Counted from the first letter of the stretch, positions 1 to 11,119 are shown. The stretch: 64,000 bases of DNA from an uncultured Chloroflexia bacterium (GCA_963743855.1 CAVURK010000006.1:1141119-1205118), one strand, 5' to 3'. Numbers and translations: made by a program. The notes: generated by a model not told the origin, from the sequence alone.

Positions 1-268
1 TGTCGTGGAATCGATGCGGGACGTGCGCCGCGACGAAGACGACAGACCCGGGCACGACCGGACGCGTCTCCTGACCGACGGTCACCACTGCCCGGCCCGA
101 CAGCACGTAGTAGAGCTCGTCCTCGGTGTGGGGCGACTGCGGGTCGGTCGCGCCCGCCTCGAGGACGTAGATACCGCCGGACAGGTCGGGCACCCGCAGG
201 AACTCGGAATAGAGCTTGCCGGTCGCGGCGTGCGCGGTCAGGAGATCGGTCAATTCCCAGGCGTCCAT
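1..268 (-). CDS. cupin domain protein (3' end lies beyond window edge)
   Basis: Absent from the ORF track because it runs off the window. Manual reverse translation from ATG 268..266 gives MDAWELTDLLTAHAATGKLYSEFLRVPDLSGGIYVLEAGATDPQSPHTEDELYYVLSGRAVVTVGQETRPVVPGSVVFVAAHVPHRFHD with no stop, a cupin beta-barrel pattern. Confidence 0.6.
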   Translation of the reverse strand, partial: MDAWELTDLLTAHAATGKLYSEFLRVPDLSGGIYVLEAGATDPQSPHTEDELYYVLSGRAVVTVGQETRPVVPGSVVFVAAHVPHRFHD

Positions 269-360
269 GGGGCTCCCTTCAGACGGCTCCGTCGGTGGGC
301 AGGGTAGCAGCGCATCGGGCGGCGGGGGCACCCTCGGGCGATCCCGGATAGCATCGGTCG

Positions 361-1672
361 ATGGTGCGGAAGCGCGTGGCCGCCATAGCCCTCTTGGTCC
401 TGATCTCGGCGGCCTGCTCGCCGGAGGCCACCCCGCAGCCGACCGCCACGCCGGTCGCGACCCAGGTCGCACAGGCATCGGGAGCGGTGGAGTCCCCCGC
501 ATCAGGCTCTGCCTCGGCGCGACCGTCTGCGTCAACCTCCGCGCGGCCCTCTGCGTCGGTCTCCGGCACGTTCGACCCGACGAAGGTCGCCGTCGACGTG
601 ACGGTCGCGGTCAACGGACTCGCCAACCCGGTCGACGTCACCAATGCGGCCGACGGGAGCGGCCGCCTCTTCGTCGTCGAGCAGGCCGGGCGGATCCGGA
701 TCGTGCGCGACGGGTCGCTCGTCGATCGGCCGTTCCTCGACATCACGGCCAAGATCGCGAGTGGCGGTGAGCGCGGGCTGCTCGGACTCGCCTTCCATCC
801 GGGCTTCCCGACCGACCCGCGCTTCTTCGTCGATTACACGGACCTCGACGGGAACACCGTCGTCGGCGTCGTACCGGGTCAGCGCCGGCGACCCCGATGT
901 CGCCGACCCCGACAGCGAGGACGTCCTCCTCCACGTCGACCAGCCGTACTCGAACCACAACGGCGGGGCTGTCGTGTTCGGACCGGACGGGATGCTCTAC
1001 ATCGCCTTCGGCGACGGCGGATCGGGCGGCGACCCGATGGGCAACGGCCAGCGGCTCGACACCCTGCTGGCCAAGATCCTGCGGATCGACGTCGACCAGC
1101 CGGTCGCCGCCGGCAGCACGGCGCACTACGCGATCCCGGCCGGCAACCCGTTCGTCGGCCAGTCCGGGGCGATGCCCGAGATCTGGCTCTACGGCCTGCG
1201 CAACCCGTGGCGGATGCGCTTCGATCGGGCGACCGGCGACCTGTGGATCGGGGACGTCGGACAGAACGCCTGGGAGGAGATCGACGTCGCGCGGGCCGGG
1301 GTCGGCGGCCTCGACTACGGCTGGAACCGGACCGAAGGGTTCCATTGCTACTCACCTCCGACCGGCTGCGACCAGACCGGGCTGACACCGCCGGTCGCCG
1401 AGTACGGCCACGACCTCGGCTGCGCGGTGATCGGCGGCGTGGTCGTCCGCCATCCGGCCGACGGCCGGCTCGATGGTGGCTACCTGTTCGGCGATGCCTG
1501 CTCGGATCGGCTGTGGGTGATCGATCCGGCGGGAGACGGGCAGCGCGATCCCGTCCTGATCAAGAACATGGGCCGGACGCTGAGCTCGATCGGCGAGGCC
1601 GAGGACGGCACCGTCTACGCGACGAGCCTCGATCACGGCGAGCTGCTCCGGATCGCCGGAGCCGGCGGCTGA
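361..1672 (+). pseudogene. PQQ-dependent sugar (glucose/sorbosone) dehydrogenase lipoprotein, frame interrupted near 865
   Basis: The frame of ORF 361 gives signal peptide and lipobox (LLVLISAACS) plus GLANPVDVTNAADGSGRLFVVEQAGRIRIV...GLLGLAFHP. The frame of ORF 644 continues with SYRVSAGDPDVAD...QPYSNHNGG...FGDGG...LYGLRNPWRMRFD...DVGQNAWEEID to the stop at 1672. The junction is gtcgtcGGcgtcgtac, with one extra G. Confidence 0.85.
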
Positions 1673-1744
1673 CGGGATGGCGGGCACCGGCTCGAGCTGG
1701 ACGAGCGGCGGGGACTGAGCGGCCGTCGCCCGGCCCGAGCCCTC

Positions 1745-2387
1745 TCAGCGGATCCCGAAGGTCACCGTCACGGTCACCGCGATCTCGGTCGTCCCGGCCT
1801 CGACCGGCGTGCCGGCATCGGCCGTGGCCATCATCCTCGCGGCCTTCGGCTGCGGCCAGGTCGGGGGCGGCCCGCCCTCGACGATGGCCAGGACGGTCGT
1901 CAATGCGCACGCCGCCGGCCGAGGCGAGGACCTCGGCCCGTGCACGGGCATCGGCGACCGCCGCGGTCCGGGCGGTGCGTTCGGCCTCGCGCGGATCGTC
2001 GACCCGGAACGTCAGGCCGTCGAGGCTGGTGGCGCCGGCCATCAGCGCTCCGTCGACGACGGCCCCCAGGCCCGCGAGGTCACGGACGGTCACCTCGACC
2101 GTGTTGGCCAGGTCGTAGCCGGTCAGCGTCGGCGCCTTTCCGTCGCGGTAGTCGTAGCGCGGCTGGACAGAGAGGAGGCTGGTGCGGATGTCGCGCCGCT
2201 CGACGCCGGCGGACGTGACCGCTGCGAGGATCGCGGCCATCGTGTCGGCCGCGGCGGTCCGGGCGGCTTCGACGGTCGGTCGCGCCACGGCCACGCCAAG
2301 CCGCAGGTCGGCGACATCGGGATCGACCGCGACGCGGCCGGTCCCGCTGACCACGATCGTGCCGAGGGTGCTGGTCGGATCGGTCAT
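1745..2387 (-). pseudogene. SIMPL / DUF541 family protein, frame interrupted near 1895
   Basis: ORF 1560..2387 gives TIVVSGTGRVAVDPDVADLRLGVAV...SLLSVQPRYDY...GYDLANTVEVTVRDL. The C-terminus VLAIVEGGPPPTWPQPKAARMMATADAGTPVEAGTTEIAVTVTVTFGIR sits in ORF 1745..1951. There is one extra base in GACGAC(C)GTC on the coding strand. Confidence 0.8.
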
Positions 2388-2432
2388 GGATGGTCTCCTG
2401 GGTCGTCGACGGTCGGCGGCGAGCCCGCCGGA

Positions 2433-4661
2433 TCAGACGTGGATGATGACCTCGATCGACCCGCGCCGACCGAGCAGCTCCGCGCTCGTCCGGCCCCGCC
2501 AGCGATGGACCAGCAGGTCGACCGAGTCGTCGCCGACCGGCAGCCCGGTGATCGTCAGCTTGCCGAGCCATTCGGGGAGCGTCGGCCGGAGGAGCTCGAG
2601 ACGCTTGGCCGCAGCGTTGGCGCGCAGCCCGAGCATCGTGTGGAGCAGGTAGAACGGCGCCGCGGCGGCCCATGCCTGCGGCGAGCAGGCGACCGGGTAG
2701 GCGACGGGGGCGCCGACGTCCTCGCGGGCGAACCCGCAGAACAGCTCGGGCAGGCGCAGGTCCGGGAACCACTGGGCGGACTCGATCAACCGCCCGGCGA
2801 GCAGGTTCGCGCCCTCGGCGGCGCCGCTGGCCTTGAGACCGGCCGCGATGATCGCGTTGTCGTGCGGCCAGATCGAGCCCGTGTGATAGCCGACCGGGTT
2901 GTAGCCGATCTGGCCCGAGGCGAAGGTCCGGATGCCCCAGCCCGAGAACATGTCCGGGGCGAGCAGCCGCTCGGCGACCAGGGCAGCGCGTTCGGGCGAG
3001 ATGATCCCGGCCCACAGCGCCTGTCCCGGGTTCGAGGTGATGCTCGCGACGGGTCGCTTCTCGCCGTCGAGGGCCATCGCGTAGAAGCGCGAATCCGGCA
3101 GCCAGAACGCCGCTTCGAAGCGGGACTGGAGCGTCAGCGCGGCGACATCGAGCCGCTCGGCCAGGGCGAGGTCGCCACGATGCCGGGCCAGCCGCGCCAT
3201 CGACCGGTATGCCGCGAAGACGTAGCCCTGGACCTCGGCCAGCGCGATCGGGCCTTCGGCCGGTCGGCCGTCGAGATGGCGAACCGAGTCACCCGAATCC
3301 TTCCAGCCCTGGTTGAGCAGCCCGAGCTTCGAGCGGCGCTGGTATTCGATGAAGCCGTCGCCGTCGAGGTCGCCGGAGTTCTCGATCCAGCCGAGGGCGG
3401 CAAGCGCGTTCGGCCACAGCCGATCGAGCAGGGCGTCGTCGCCGGTCCAGGCGTGGGTCTCGGCCAGCAGGATCAGCCACAGCGGCGTCGAGTCGACGCT
3501 TCCGTAGTAGGCGTCGTGCGGCGTCTCGCCGGCTCGTGCCATCTCGCCGGCCCGCATCTCGTGGAGGATCTTGCCGGGCTCGGCGTCGTGCCACGGATCG
3601 TCGCGGGTCGCCTGGAGACGGCCGAGGACCTCGAGCGTGGCCTTCGCCAGCGACGGCATGAACGCGACCGTCTCGAGCCCGGCGATCAGGCTGTCGCGGC
3701 CGAACAGGGTGGCGAACCACGGGATCCCGGCCGCCAGGTAGGACTCGCCTTCGCCCGGGCCGTCGTTGCGCAGGGTGGCGAGGTCGGCCAGCGAGCGGAC
3801 CAGCGTGCGGTCGAGCAACTCGTGGTCGGACTGGATCCGCGGCGCATCGAACGGCCGCTCACCCGCCGGCGTCGGCGTCCGTGCGTGGCTGGATCCTGCC
3901 CTGCCGCTCGCCGATGCGACGGCCGTCGCGCCATCGTCATCCTGGCTGGCCGTGACCCGCCAGCCGATCGTCGCCCGGGCGCCCGCCTCGAGCTCCATCA
4001 GCCACGTCGCGACGACCGATGCGCCCGGCCAGGCGTCCGCGTCGGTGGTCGGATCGAGCCGCGCATCGGTCGCGACGACCGTCGTCGTCCGGCGCGCTCC
4101 GTCGAGGCCGTCGTAGGCGAACGTCGCCCGGTCGCCGTCGAGGGCGATCGGCAGGAGCGTGCCTCGCTTCGGGCGCGGGTAGCCACGGACCTCGAAGATG
4201 TCGGCCATGTCGACGCCGAGAGCGACCTCGAGCCGGAGGTGCTCGACGGTGGCCGAGTAGTTGACCACGGTGACGAGCTCACGCAGGTCGCCGTCGATAT
4301 GGCGAGCGCGGGTCAGGCTCAGCTCGCTCCGCCTGAGGCTCGTCTCGGCCTGGCGCTTGTCCTCGGGATTGCGGCGCAGCTCCGGGTTGGTCAGCTGGAT
4401 GGTGTCCGCCCCGTCCGACTGATGGGGCCCGCGCAGGAGGGTCAGGGGCGAGCCGTTGAGCCGCAGGACCGACGTCGACAGGATGCGCGTGTCGAGGTCG
4501 TACAGACCCAGGCCGCGGCCGTCGATCCGGATATCGCCGCGCTGATCCGTCAGGAGATAGAGGTTGCCGGACTTGGCGACTTCGACGCTGCCGAGGTCCG
4601 TGGCCGGCTGGATCGTGACAGCAGGGGCCGGGATCGTGCGCGTCGAGGCTCGAACGGTCAT
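2433..4661 (-). CDS. amylo-alpha-1,6-glucosidase / glycogen debranching enzyme family protein
   Basis: Intact 742-aa ORF. The N-terminal GDE_N-like region is NLYLLTDQRGDI...GLGLYDLDTRILS. The (alpha/alpha)6 GDE_C-like region is AGIPWFATLFGRDSLI...GKILHEMRAGEMA...YYGSVDSTPLWLILL...GLLNQGWKDS. Confidence 0.9.
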   Translation of the reverse strand: MTVRASTRTIPAPAVTIQPATDLGSVEVAKSGNLYLLTDQRGDIRIDGRGLGLYDLDTRILSTSVLRLNGSPLTLLRGPHQSDGADTIQLTNPELRRNPEDKRQAETSLRRSELSLTRARHIDGDLRELVTVVNYSATVEHLRLEVALGVDMADIFEVRGYPRPKRGTLLPIALDGDRATFAYDGLDGARRTTTVVATDARLDPTTDADAWPGASVVATWLMELEAGARATIGWRVTASQDDDGATAVASASGRAGSSHARTPTPAGERPFDAPRIQSDHELLDRTLVRSLADLATLRNDGPGEGESYLAAGIPWFATLFGRDSLIAGLETVAFMPSLAKATLEVLGRLQATRDDPWHDAEPGKILHEMRAGEMARAGETPHDAYYGSVDSTPLWLILLAETHAWTGDDALLDRLWPNALAALGWIENSGDLDGDGFIEYQRRSKLGLLNQGWKDSGDSVRHLDGRPAEGPIALAEVQGYVFAAYRSMARLARHRGDLALAERLDVAALTLQSRFEAAFWLPDSRFYAMALDGEKRPVASITSNPGQALWAGIISPERAALVAERLLAPDMFSGWGIRTFASGQIGYNPVGYHTGSIWPHDNAIIAAGLKASGAAEGANLLAGRLIESAQWFPDLRLPELFCGFAREDVGAPVAYPVACSPQAWAAAAPFYLLHTMLGLRANAAAKRLELLRPTLPEWLGKLTITGLPVGDDSVDLLVHRWRGRTSAELLGRRGSIEVIIHV

Positions 4662-4777
4662 CAGCTACCTCTGGCCTGGGGGTCTCGAGCGAGCATGCAG
4701 AGCCATGACACGAGACTGCAAGACCGCGTCGACCCCTACGATACGGCGCTTGATGGATCGGCACCGACCATCCGGCC

Positions 4778-7453
4778 ATGCCCTCCGACCGCTTGGTCCC
4801 CGTGCGCCCAAACCGGCTTCCTGCCCGGCGCGATGCCACGCACCTCCATGCCCTGCGCTACGCGAGCCGGGTCGCCGCGCGGCCGAAGGCGCGCGGGCGA
4901 TTGGGAAGCATCGTGATCGCGGTCCTGATCGGTGTCGTGGCCACGGTCACAGTGGCCGGCTTCATGGGGATCCTCGCCCTCAACGCGGCCGTCGGCGTCC
5001 TGTCGGTCGGGCTCCCCGATCCCGCCCGGCTCGAAAGCCTGACGTTCGCCCAGCCGACGGTCATCTACGACCGGACCGGCAAGGTCGAGCTCGGACAGTT
5101 CGGGCTCGAGGATCGACGCGTGGTCACGTTCGCGGACGTCCCGAACCTCGTGCTCGATTCGACTACGACCGCCGAGGACCGGACATTCTGGAGCAACAGC
5201 GGATTCGACGCGGCAGCGATCGCGGCCGCCGCGGCGGAAGGTGCCAGCGGGACGAGCGAGCGGGGCGCGTCGACGATCACCCAGCAGCTGGTCCGAGCGC
5301 GGCTCCTTCCCTCGGAGGTGACCGAGCCGGGCGCCGACAAGTACCTGCGCAAGGCCAAGGAGCTCATCCAGTCGATGCGCCTGTCGGACGCGTTCCCGGG
5401 CGAGGCCGGCAAGGACCGGGTCATCACCGCCTATCTCAACGAGATCTTCTACGGGCACGGCGCGTACGGGATCGCAGCCGCCGCCGACATCTACTTCGGG
5501 GTGACCGACCTCGCCAAGCTGACACCGGCGCAGGCGGCGTTGCTGGCCGGTCTTCCGAAGTCGCCGTCGACCCTCGATCCGTACCGCTTCGCCAAGAAGG
5601 GTGCCGATGGAAAGCTTGTCGTCCCGGCCGACAGCCCGCCGGTCGTCCGGCGCGACTGGATCCTCAACGGGCTGGCCGCGGGCGCGCGCTGGACGACGCT
5701 CACGCCGGCCGCGCTGCGGGCCGCGCTTGCCGAGCCGGTCGTCCTCGCAGGCGACCAGCCACGAACCTTCCGCGCGGCGCAGTTCACCTGGCAGGTGCGC
5801 CGCCAGCTCGACGCGATCCTGGCCGATGCCGCGCCCAACGCGGTCGAGACCGGCGGCTACAAGGTCATCACGACCCTCGACTGGAAGGGACAGCAGCTCG
5901 CCGAGAAGTGGCTGGCCGCCGCCGCCATCGCACCCAATCTGCCCCGCAAGGCCGGTGACGCGCTGACCCGGAACCTCAAGATCCCGACCGCCGACCTGGC
6001 CTGGATCCGGGCCTTGCGCGGCAAGGACCTGCACGACGGGGCGCTCGTCGCGATGGACTACACGACGGGGGACGTCCTGGCCTACGCGGGCAGTGCCGGC
6101 TACGGGCGGGACGATCTGACGAGTGCCAGGTTCTCGCCCAAGTTCGACGCCGCGGGCGACGGGTCGCGGCAGCCCGGCTCGGCCTTCAAGCCGATCCTGT
6201 ATGCGAGCGCCTTCGACAACAGGAAGCTGACGCCCGGCAGCCTGCTCCTCGACGTCACGACCAGGTTCGACGCGCGCCAGGACTGGGCACCGCGCGACGC
6301 CGACCAGCTCGAGCGGGGGCCCGTGCTGGTCCGCAAGGCGCTCCAGTACTCGCTCAACATCCCGGCCATCCGGGCCCTTCAGCGGGTCGGCAACGACGCC
6401 GTCGACAAGACGGCCGAGGCGCTCGGCGTCCGCTTCACCGGCGGCCGCCAGGCATTCATCCAGGCTGGGCTGGCCGGTGCGATCGGCACCGTCGAGGTCC
6501 GGCCGCTCGACCTCACCTCCGCCTATGGCGGCCTGGCCAACGGTGGAGACCGGCTCCCGCCGCGGATGATCCTCGAGATCGACGGTCCCGACGGGTCGGT
6601 CGTCTGGAAGGCGCCCGAGCTGACCGCCACGCAGGCAGTCTCGCCACAGGCCGCCTTCCTCGTCACCGACATCCTGGCCGGCAACACGGACAAGAAGCAG
6701 AACCCGATCTGGTCGGCGAAGCTCGCACTCCACAACGGCAAGGGCGGCACGTACCGGCCTGCCGCGGTCAAGACCGGCACCTCGAACGAGGCCGCCGATC
6801 TCGCGACCTACGGCTTCCTGGCGCCACCAGCCGACGCGAACCATCCCGGCCTCGTGGTCGGCATCTGGATGGGCAACAGCGATCACTCGAACCCGCGCTC
6901 GAAGACGCCGGCAACGTCCCTGACAGCGGCAGCGCCGCTGTGGCGAGCGTTCGTACGCGACTACACGAACGGCTGGCCGGTGACGACGTTCAAGCCGCCG
7001 AAGGGCGTCGTCAAGGCGACGATCGACGCGTGGACCGGCGGCGCGCCCGGCCCCTGGACGAAGGCGCGGACCACTTCCTGGTTCATCGATGGCACCCAAC
7101 CCGGAGCGGCGCACGCGGTCGACCCGAACGGGCTCCTCTACAGCCAGTCATGCGGCGGCTACCGGGTCGACCTGGTCAAGGCCGAGCTCGGGCCGGCGAC
7201 GTGGGACACCGCCGACGCCGATTGGATGCGCCGCGCGCGCCGCGGACCCGGCGTGACCGGCCAGTTCGACTCGCGGACCGCCTATTTCTGGGGCCAGTCG
7301 TCGTGGGGTGGCTCGATCGGTGGTTCGTGCTCGGCGCCGACGCGTCACCACGGGTCCGGCGCCGGACCTGGCAAGGGCGACAAGCCGAAGCACAAGCCAC
7401 CGCGTCCGCGCGGTCCCATCGCATCCCCGTCCCCGGCCCCGTCGGGCGGATAG
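4778..7453 (+). CDS. class A penicillin-binding protein (transglycosylase + transpeptidase, PBP1A family)
   Basis: Intact 891-aa ORF with an N-terminal TM anchor (IVIAVLIGVVATVTVAGFMGILAL). GT51 motifs are AEDRTFWSNSGFD and GASTITQQLVR. The transpeptidase module includes RQPGSAFKPILY and KTGTSNE. The exact start is uncertain. Confidence 0.9.
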   Translation: MPSDRLVPVRPNRLPARRDATHLHALRYASRVAARPKARGRLGSIVIAVLIGVVATVTVAGFMGILALNAAVGVLSVGLPDPARLESLTFAQPTVIYDRTGKVELGQFGLEDRRVVTFADVPNLVLDSTTTAEDRTFWSNSGFDAAAIAAAAAEGASGTSERGASTITQQLVRARLLPSEVTEPGADKYLRKAKELIQSMRLSDAFPGEAGKDRVITAYLNEIFYGHGAYGIAAAADIYFGVTDLAKLTPAQAALLAGLPKSPSTLDPYRFAKKGADGKLVVPADSPPVVRRDWILNGLAAGARWTTLTPAALRAALAEPVVLAGDQPRTFRAAQFTWQVRRQLDAILADAAPNAVETGGYKVITTLDWKGQQLAEKWLAAAAIAPNLPRKAGDALTRNLKIPTADLAWIRALRGKDLHDGALVAMDYTTGDVLAYAGSAGYGRDDLTSARFSPKFDAAGDGSRQPGSAFKPILYASAFDNRKLTPGSLLLDVTTRFDARQDWAPRDADQLERGPVLVRKALQYSLNIPAIRALQRVGNDAVDKTAEALGVRFTGGRQAFIQAGLAGAIGTVEVRPLDLTSAYGGLANGGDRLPPRMILEIDGPDGSVVWKAPELTATQAVSPQAAFLVTDILAGNTDKKQNPIWSAKLALHNGKGGTYRPAAVKTGTSNEAADLATYGFLAPPADANHPGLVVGIWMGNSDHSNPRSKTPATSLTAAAPLWRAFVRDYTNGWPVTTFKPPKGVVKATIDAWTGGAPGPWTKARTTSWFIDGTQPGAAHAVDPNGLLYSQSCGGYRVDLVKAELGPATWDTADADWMRRARRGPGVTGQFDSRTAYFWGQSSWGGSIGGSCSAPTRHHGSGAGPGKGDKPKHKPPRPRGPIASPSPAPSGG

Positions 7454-7460
7454 GAGTCTC

Positions 7461-8606
7461 ATGCGTGCAGATGTGGTGCCCTGGACCGTCCGCGGGATGG
7501 GCCTCGCCCTCGGCGTCGCGATCGTCGTCGGGCTCATCGCGCTCGGGATGGCGGCCGCGAACGTCCTCCTGCTGCTGTTCATCGCGCTGCTGCTCGGGTC
7601 GGCGTTGGAGCCGTTCGTGGGATCGCTCCACGATCATCTTCCGCTCGGACGTGGGTCCACGATCCTGGTCGTCTACGTCACGTTCTTCGTGCTGGTGATC
7701 GGTCTGGCGTTCGTCGTCGTGCCGGCCGCGATCGGGCAGGGCCAGACGATCGTCGCGCGGCTGCCCGCCTTCTTCGATCACGTGCGCGACTGGGCGTCGA
7801 CCCTCCGACCCGCTGCGCTGTCCCGCTCGATCACCGAGCTGGTCGACTCGGTCTCCAGCACGACGTCGGTCAAGCCGCCCGATCCGAACCAGGTCGTCCA
7901 GGTCGGGAGTGCGGCCGCCAACCTCGCGATCTCCGTGGCCACCCTGCTGACACTGGTCTTCTTCTGGCTCGTCGAGCACGCCCGGCTCCAGCGCTATGTC
8001 CTGGCGTACCTGCCGCTCGACTCCCGGGCGGGCGCCCGCGAGGCATGGAACGAGATGGAGACACGGCTCGGGTTGTGGGTCCGCGGCCAGCTGATCCTGA
8101 TGGGCACGATGGGGTTGTCGACGGGGATCGCCTATTCGCTCCTCGGGTTGCCCGGTGCGCTCATCCTCGGCCTGATCGCGGCCCTGTGCGAGGCCATCCC
8201 GATCGTCGGGCCGCTGCTCGGGGCCATCCCGGCGATCCTCGTCGCGACCACGGTCTCGCCACAGCTCGCGCTGGTCGTCGCCGGGGTCTATGTCGTGATC
8301 CAGCTGATCGAGGGCAGCGTCCTCGTCCCCCTCGTGATGCGCAACACCATCGGCATCTCCCCGCTGCTGGTCCTGGTCAGCCTGCTGGTCGGTGGGGCCG
8401 CCGGCGGCCTCGTCGGCGCGTTCCTGGCCGTGCCGGTCGCGGCGGCGATCGAGATCGCCCTGAGCCGTCTCCAGGCCCGCGAGGTCCCGGTCGCCGAGGA
8501 TCCCGGCGCCATCGAGACTCCCGATGAGGCGCGGGTCGACGCCTACGGCGATTCCCTGCCGGACGCGCACGACGTGGCAGGTCGCGCCCCCGCGACCGGC
8601 GCGTGA
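7461..8606 (+). CDS. AI-2E family transporter (PerM/UPF0118-like membrane protein)
   Basis: ATG at 7461 is preceded by taGGAGtctc and lies in frame with ORF 7308..8606. The protein has multiple TM helices and a family-typical C-terminal half (GLWVRGQLILMGTMGLSTGIAYSLLGLPGALILGLIAALCEAIPIVGPLLGAIPAILVA). Confidence 0.85.
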   Translation: MRADVVPWTVRGMGLALGVAIVVGLIALGMAAANVLLLLFIALLLGSALEPFVGSLHDHLPLGRGSTILVVYVTFFVLVIGLAFVVVPAAIGQGQTIVARLPAFFDHVRDWASTLRPAALSRSITELVDSVSSTTSVKPPDPNQVVQVGSAAANLAISVATLLTLVFFWLVEHARLQRYVLAYLPLDSRAGAREAWNEMETRLGLWVRGQLILMGTMGLSTGIAYSLLGLPGALILGLIAALCEAIPIVGPLLGAIPAILVATTVSPQLALVVAGVYVVIQLIEGSVLVPLVMRNTIGISPLLVLVSLLVGGAAGGLVGAFLAVPVAAAIEIALSRLQAREVPVAEDPGAIETPDEARVDAYGDSLPDAHDVAGRAPATGA

Positions 8607-8610
8607 CCCG

Positions 8611-9390
8611 TCAGACGAGAGCTGTGACCGCGATCCCGTGCCTCGGTGTCTCGCTGGCGGCTTCGGCGCCGCGTCGCCAGTCGGAGAGCCGGCCACCGCC
8701 GACGAATGCGCTCAGCGGCGTCAGGTCGAGGAAGGTGGCCGGGTCGGCAGCCTCGGCACGATGGCCGGGCGGCCCCGCGGGACAGTGGAAGACGTCACCG
8801 GCGGCGACGACCTCGACGTCGTCCTCGAATTCGATCGCGAGGCTCCCCGACGTGACGATCCCCCAGTGGGGCGCGTCGCACCAGGCTGCCCGATAGCCGC
8901 TGCGCTCCCCCATCCGGACCTGGGTCAGCACGTAGCCGGACATCGGCCACGATTCGCCCTTGATCGTGCCCGGCGGGACCTCGACCCGGGTGACCGCCGG
9001 CACGATGACCGCCGACGAGCGCTCGGCAACGAGGTCGTACCCCTGTGCGGCCAGAGAGCGGTCGGTCAGGTCGAGCGCGGGGTCGATGGGCGCGAAGGCG
9101 GCGATCAGCGACCGGCCCGCCGTCTCGAAATGATGCGGCGGGTCGCCGGCGGCCACGTGGAACGCGCGCCCGGCCTCGATCGTCTCCCGCCGTCGACCAC
9201 GGATGACGGTCAGCTCGCCCTCGATCACGAAGCCCCAGTGCGGATCGGTGCAGGGTCGCTCGAGGGAGGTTCCGGCGGACCCGGCGGCCGGTGTCTCGGC
9301 CAGCACATACGCCATCGAGCCGAGGGTGGCGAATCGGACGAGGATGCCGCCCTGGGCGACGGCCCGGAGATCGAGTGGCGCGACGTGCAA
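8611..9390 (-). CDS. bicupin (two cupin domains) protein
   Basis: ORF 8611..9504. It has two cupin-like halves (HWGFVIEGELTV...AGRAFHVAAGDPPHHFE and HWGIVTSGSLAIEFEDDVEVVAAGDVFHCPAGPPGH). The start is placed at TTG 9390, 6 nt after AAGAGG. ATG 9315 is an alternative. Confidence 0.7.
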   Translation of the reverse strand: MHVAPLDLRAVAQGGILVRFATLGSMAYVLAETPAAGSAGTSLERPCTDPHWGFVIEGELTVIRGRRRETIEAGRAFHVAAGDPPHHFETAGRSLIAAFAPIDPALDLTDRSLAAQGYDLVAERSSAVIVPAVTRVEVPPGTIKGESWPMSGYVLTQVRMGERSGYRAAWCDAPHWGIVTSGSLAIEFEDDVEVVAAGDVFHCPAGPPGHRAEAADPATFLDLTPLSAFVGGGRLSDWRRGAEAASETPRHGIAVTALV

Positions 9391-9588
9391 CGAAACCCTC
9401 TTCGTATCGTGGCTGTGATTGGCGCCTGGGGGTCCCGAGTATAGCCACCCGCTCCGGGAACCAGTTGTGATGCCATTGCAAGGCGGTTCACGCAGCCGGC
9501 GCATCGAGCGTAACGGAGGCGCTGGTCAAGTAGAGGTTCGGTCGCCGATCAGCCTCGGACGGACGGGCGCCGGTATCATCGAGGAGCC

Positions 9589-11100
9589 GTGCAAGAGCCA
9601 ACTTCCCCTGTCAAGGTCGCCGATCCGGTCACCGAGGGTCCGACCGGGGTGGCCCGCCCCGATCGGCACCCAGTGGGCGGACTGGCTGAAGCGACGCTGG
9701 ACTCCGTCGCCGAAGCGATCTTCCTCTTCGATCCGCGCACCGGCGAGATCCTGGACGTCAACCGCCGGGCATGCGCGCTCTTCGATCGCCCCGCCGACGC
9801 GCTCATCGGTCGACCCCTCGACGAGTTCGTGCCCCGACCGGCGGTGGCACGGATGAGCGATCCGAGGATCCCGCCGACCCCCGCCGCGGGCGAGGATGAG
9901 ACGGTCCTCGCGGAGCTGCGCATCGGGACCGATCGATCGCTGTCCGTGGAGTTCATCGTCCAGCGTGTCGACCTCCCGGGCGGCGCGTCCGGGATCGTCG
10001 CGATCGCCCACGACATCAGCGAACGCGATCGAGGTCCAGATCCGGCTCCAGCGGCTCGCCCAGGCCGAGCACGCCCGCGCCGCCGAGCTGAACGCCATCA
10101 TCAGCGCGATGGGCGAGGCCGTCGTCGTGTGCGGCGCGGACGGCCGGATCAGCCTGACCAATCCCGCGGCCCAACGCCTCTTCCCCGAGGCCGACGAGCG
10201 CACCTACGCCGACATCCTCGACGAGCTGCACGATCCGAGCCGGGCGGCACCCGTCCTCGGGACCGTGGGTGGGCCGATCGAGCTCGCCGACCAGGCGGAA
10301 CCGTGACCGATGGGTCGAGATCGCCACCTACCCCGTCGCCGACACCCTCGGCCTCGGCGCCGCGGCGGCCGAGACGATCGTCGTCATGCGCGACGTGACC
10401 GAGGCGCGCCACCGGGAGGCGATCCGCGAGACGTTCATCGGCGTCCTGTCGCATGAGCTGCGGACGCCGGTCACGACCATCTTCGGAGGGGCCAAGCTCC
10501 TCGCTCGGGAGGGCTCGACTCTCGACGAGGACACCAAACGAGGGATCTTCCGCGACATCCACGATGAGGCTGAGCGGCTCCAGCGACTGGTCGAGGATGT
10601 GGTCGCCCTCAACCGATTCGGCGACGGCCTCAGTGAGATCGGCTGGGAGCCGGTCCTCCTGCAGCGATTGGTGCCGCGCGTCGTCGCCTCCGAGCAGGGT
10701 CGCTGGCCGGGAGTGACATTCGTGCTCGAGATCGCACCCGGCCTGCCGCCGGTCACCGCCGATCCGACCTATGTCGAACAGGTGATCCGCAACCTGCTGT
10801 CGAATGCCGCCAAGTACAGCGGCGCCGGCAGCACGGTCACGCTCGCGGTCGAAGCCGCAGGGCGATGAGGTGTTGACCCGGATCTTCGACGACGGGCCGG
10901 GCTTCCCCGAGGCCGAGACGTCGCGGCTGTTCGAGCTGTTCTATCGATCGCCGGGAACGGCCGCGTCGGCGAGCGGCGCCGGGATCGGCCTGTTCGTGTG
11001 CGCCCGGCTGATCGCCGCGATGGGCGGGCGGATCTGGGCGGCACCCAGGCCGGATGGCGGCGCCGAGTTCGGGTTCGCGCTGACCGTCCTCGACGAGTAG
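9589..11100 (+). pseudogene. PAS-PAS sensor histidine kinase, three frame changes (near 10027, 10297, 10861)
   Basis: Four consecutive + ORFs (9589, 9896, 10269, 10804) each shift +1 and together read PAS (AIFLFDPRTGEILDVNRRACALF), PAS (AIISAMGEAVVVCGADGRISLTNPAAQRLF), H-box (GVLSHELRTPVTTIFGGAKLL), N-box (IRNLLSNAAKYS) and G-boxes (DDGPGF, GAGIGLFVCARLIAAMGGRIWA). GTG 9589 follows GAGGAG. Confidence 0.85.
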
Positions 11101-11119
11101 AGAGCCGCGATCTCGGCGA

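Noticed and set aside
1809-4916. 1035-aa + strand ORF, the longest in the track
   Set aside because: It lies antisense to the well-supported glucosidase gene. Its composition is Arg/Gly/Asp/Pro-rich with no recognisable motif, as expected for a stop-poor shadow frame in GC-rich DNA.
4736-7114. 792-aa minus-strand ORF
   Set aside because: It is an antisense shadow of the class A PBP gene with low-complexity Arg/Gly-rich sequence. The same reasoning applies to 15982..17766(+), 19816..21288(+), 29084..30316(-), 39777..41603(-) and 56750..58552(-).
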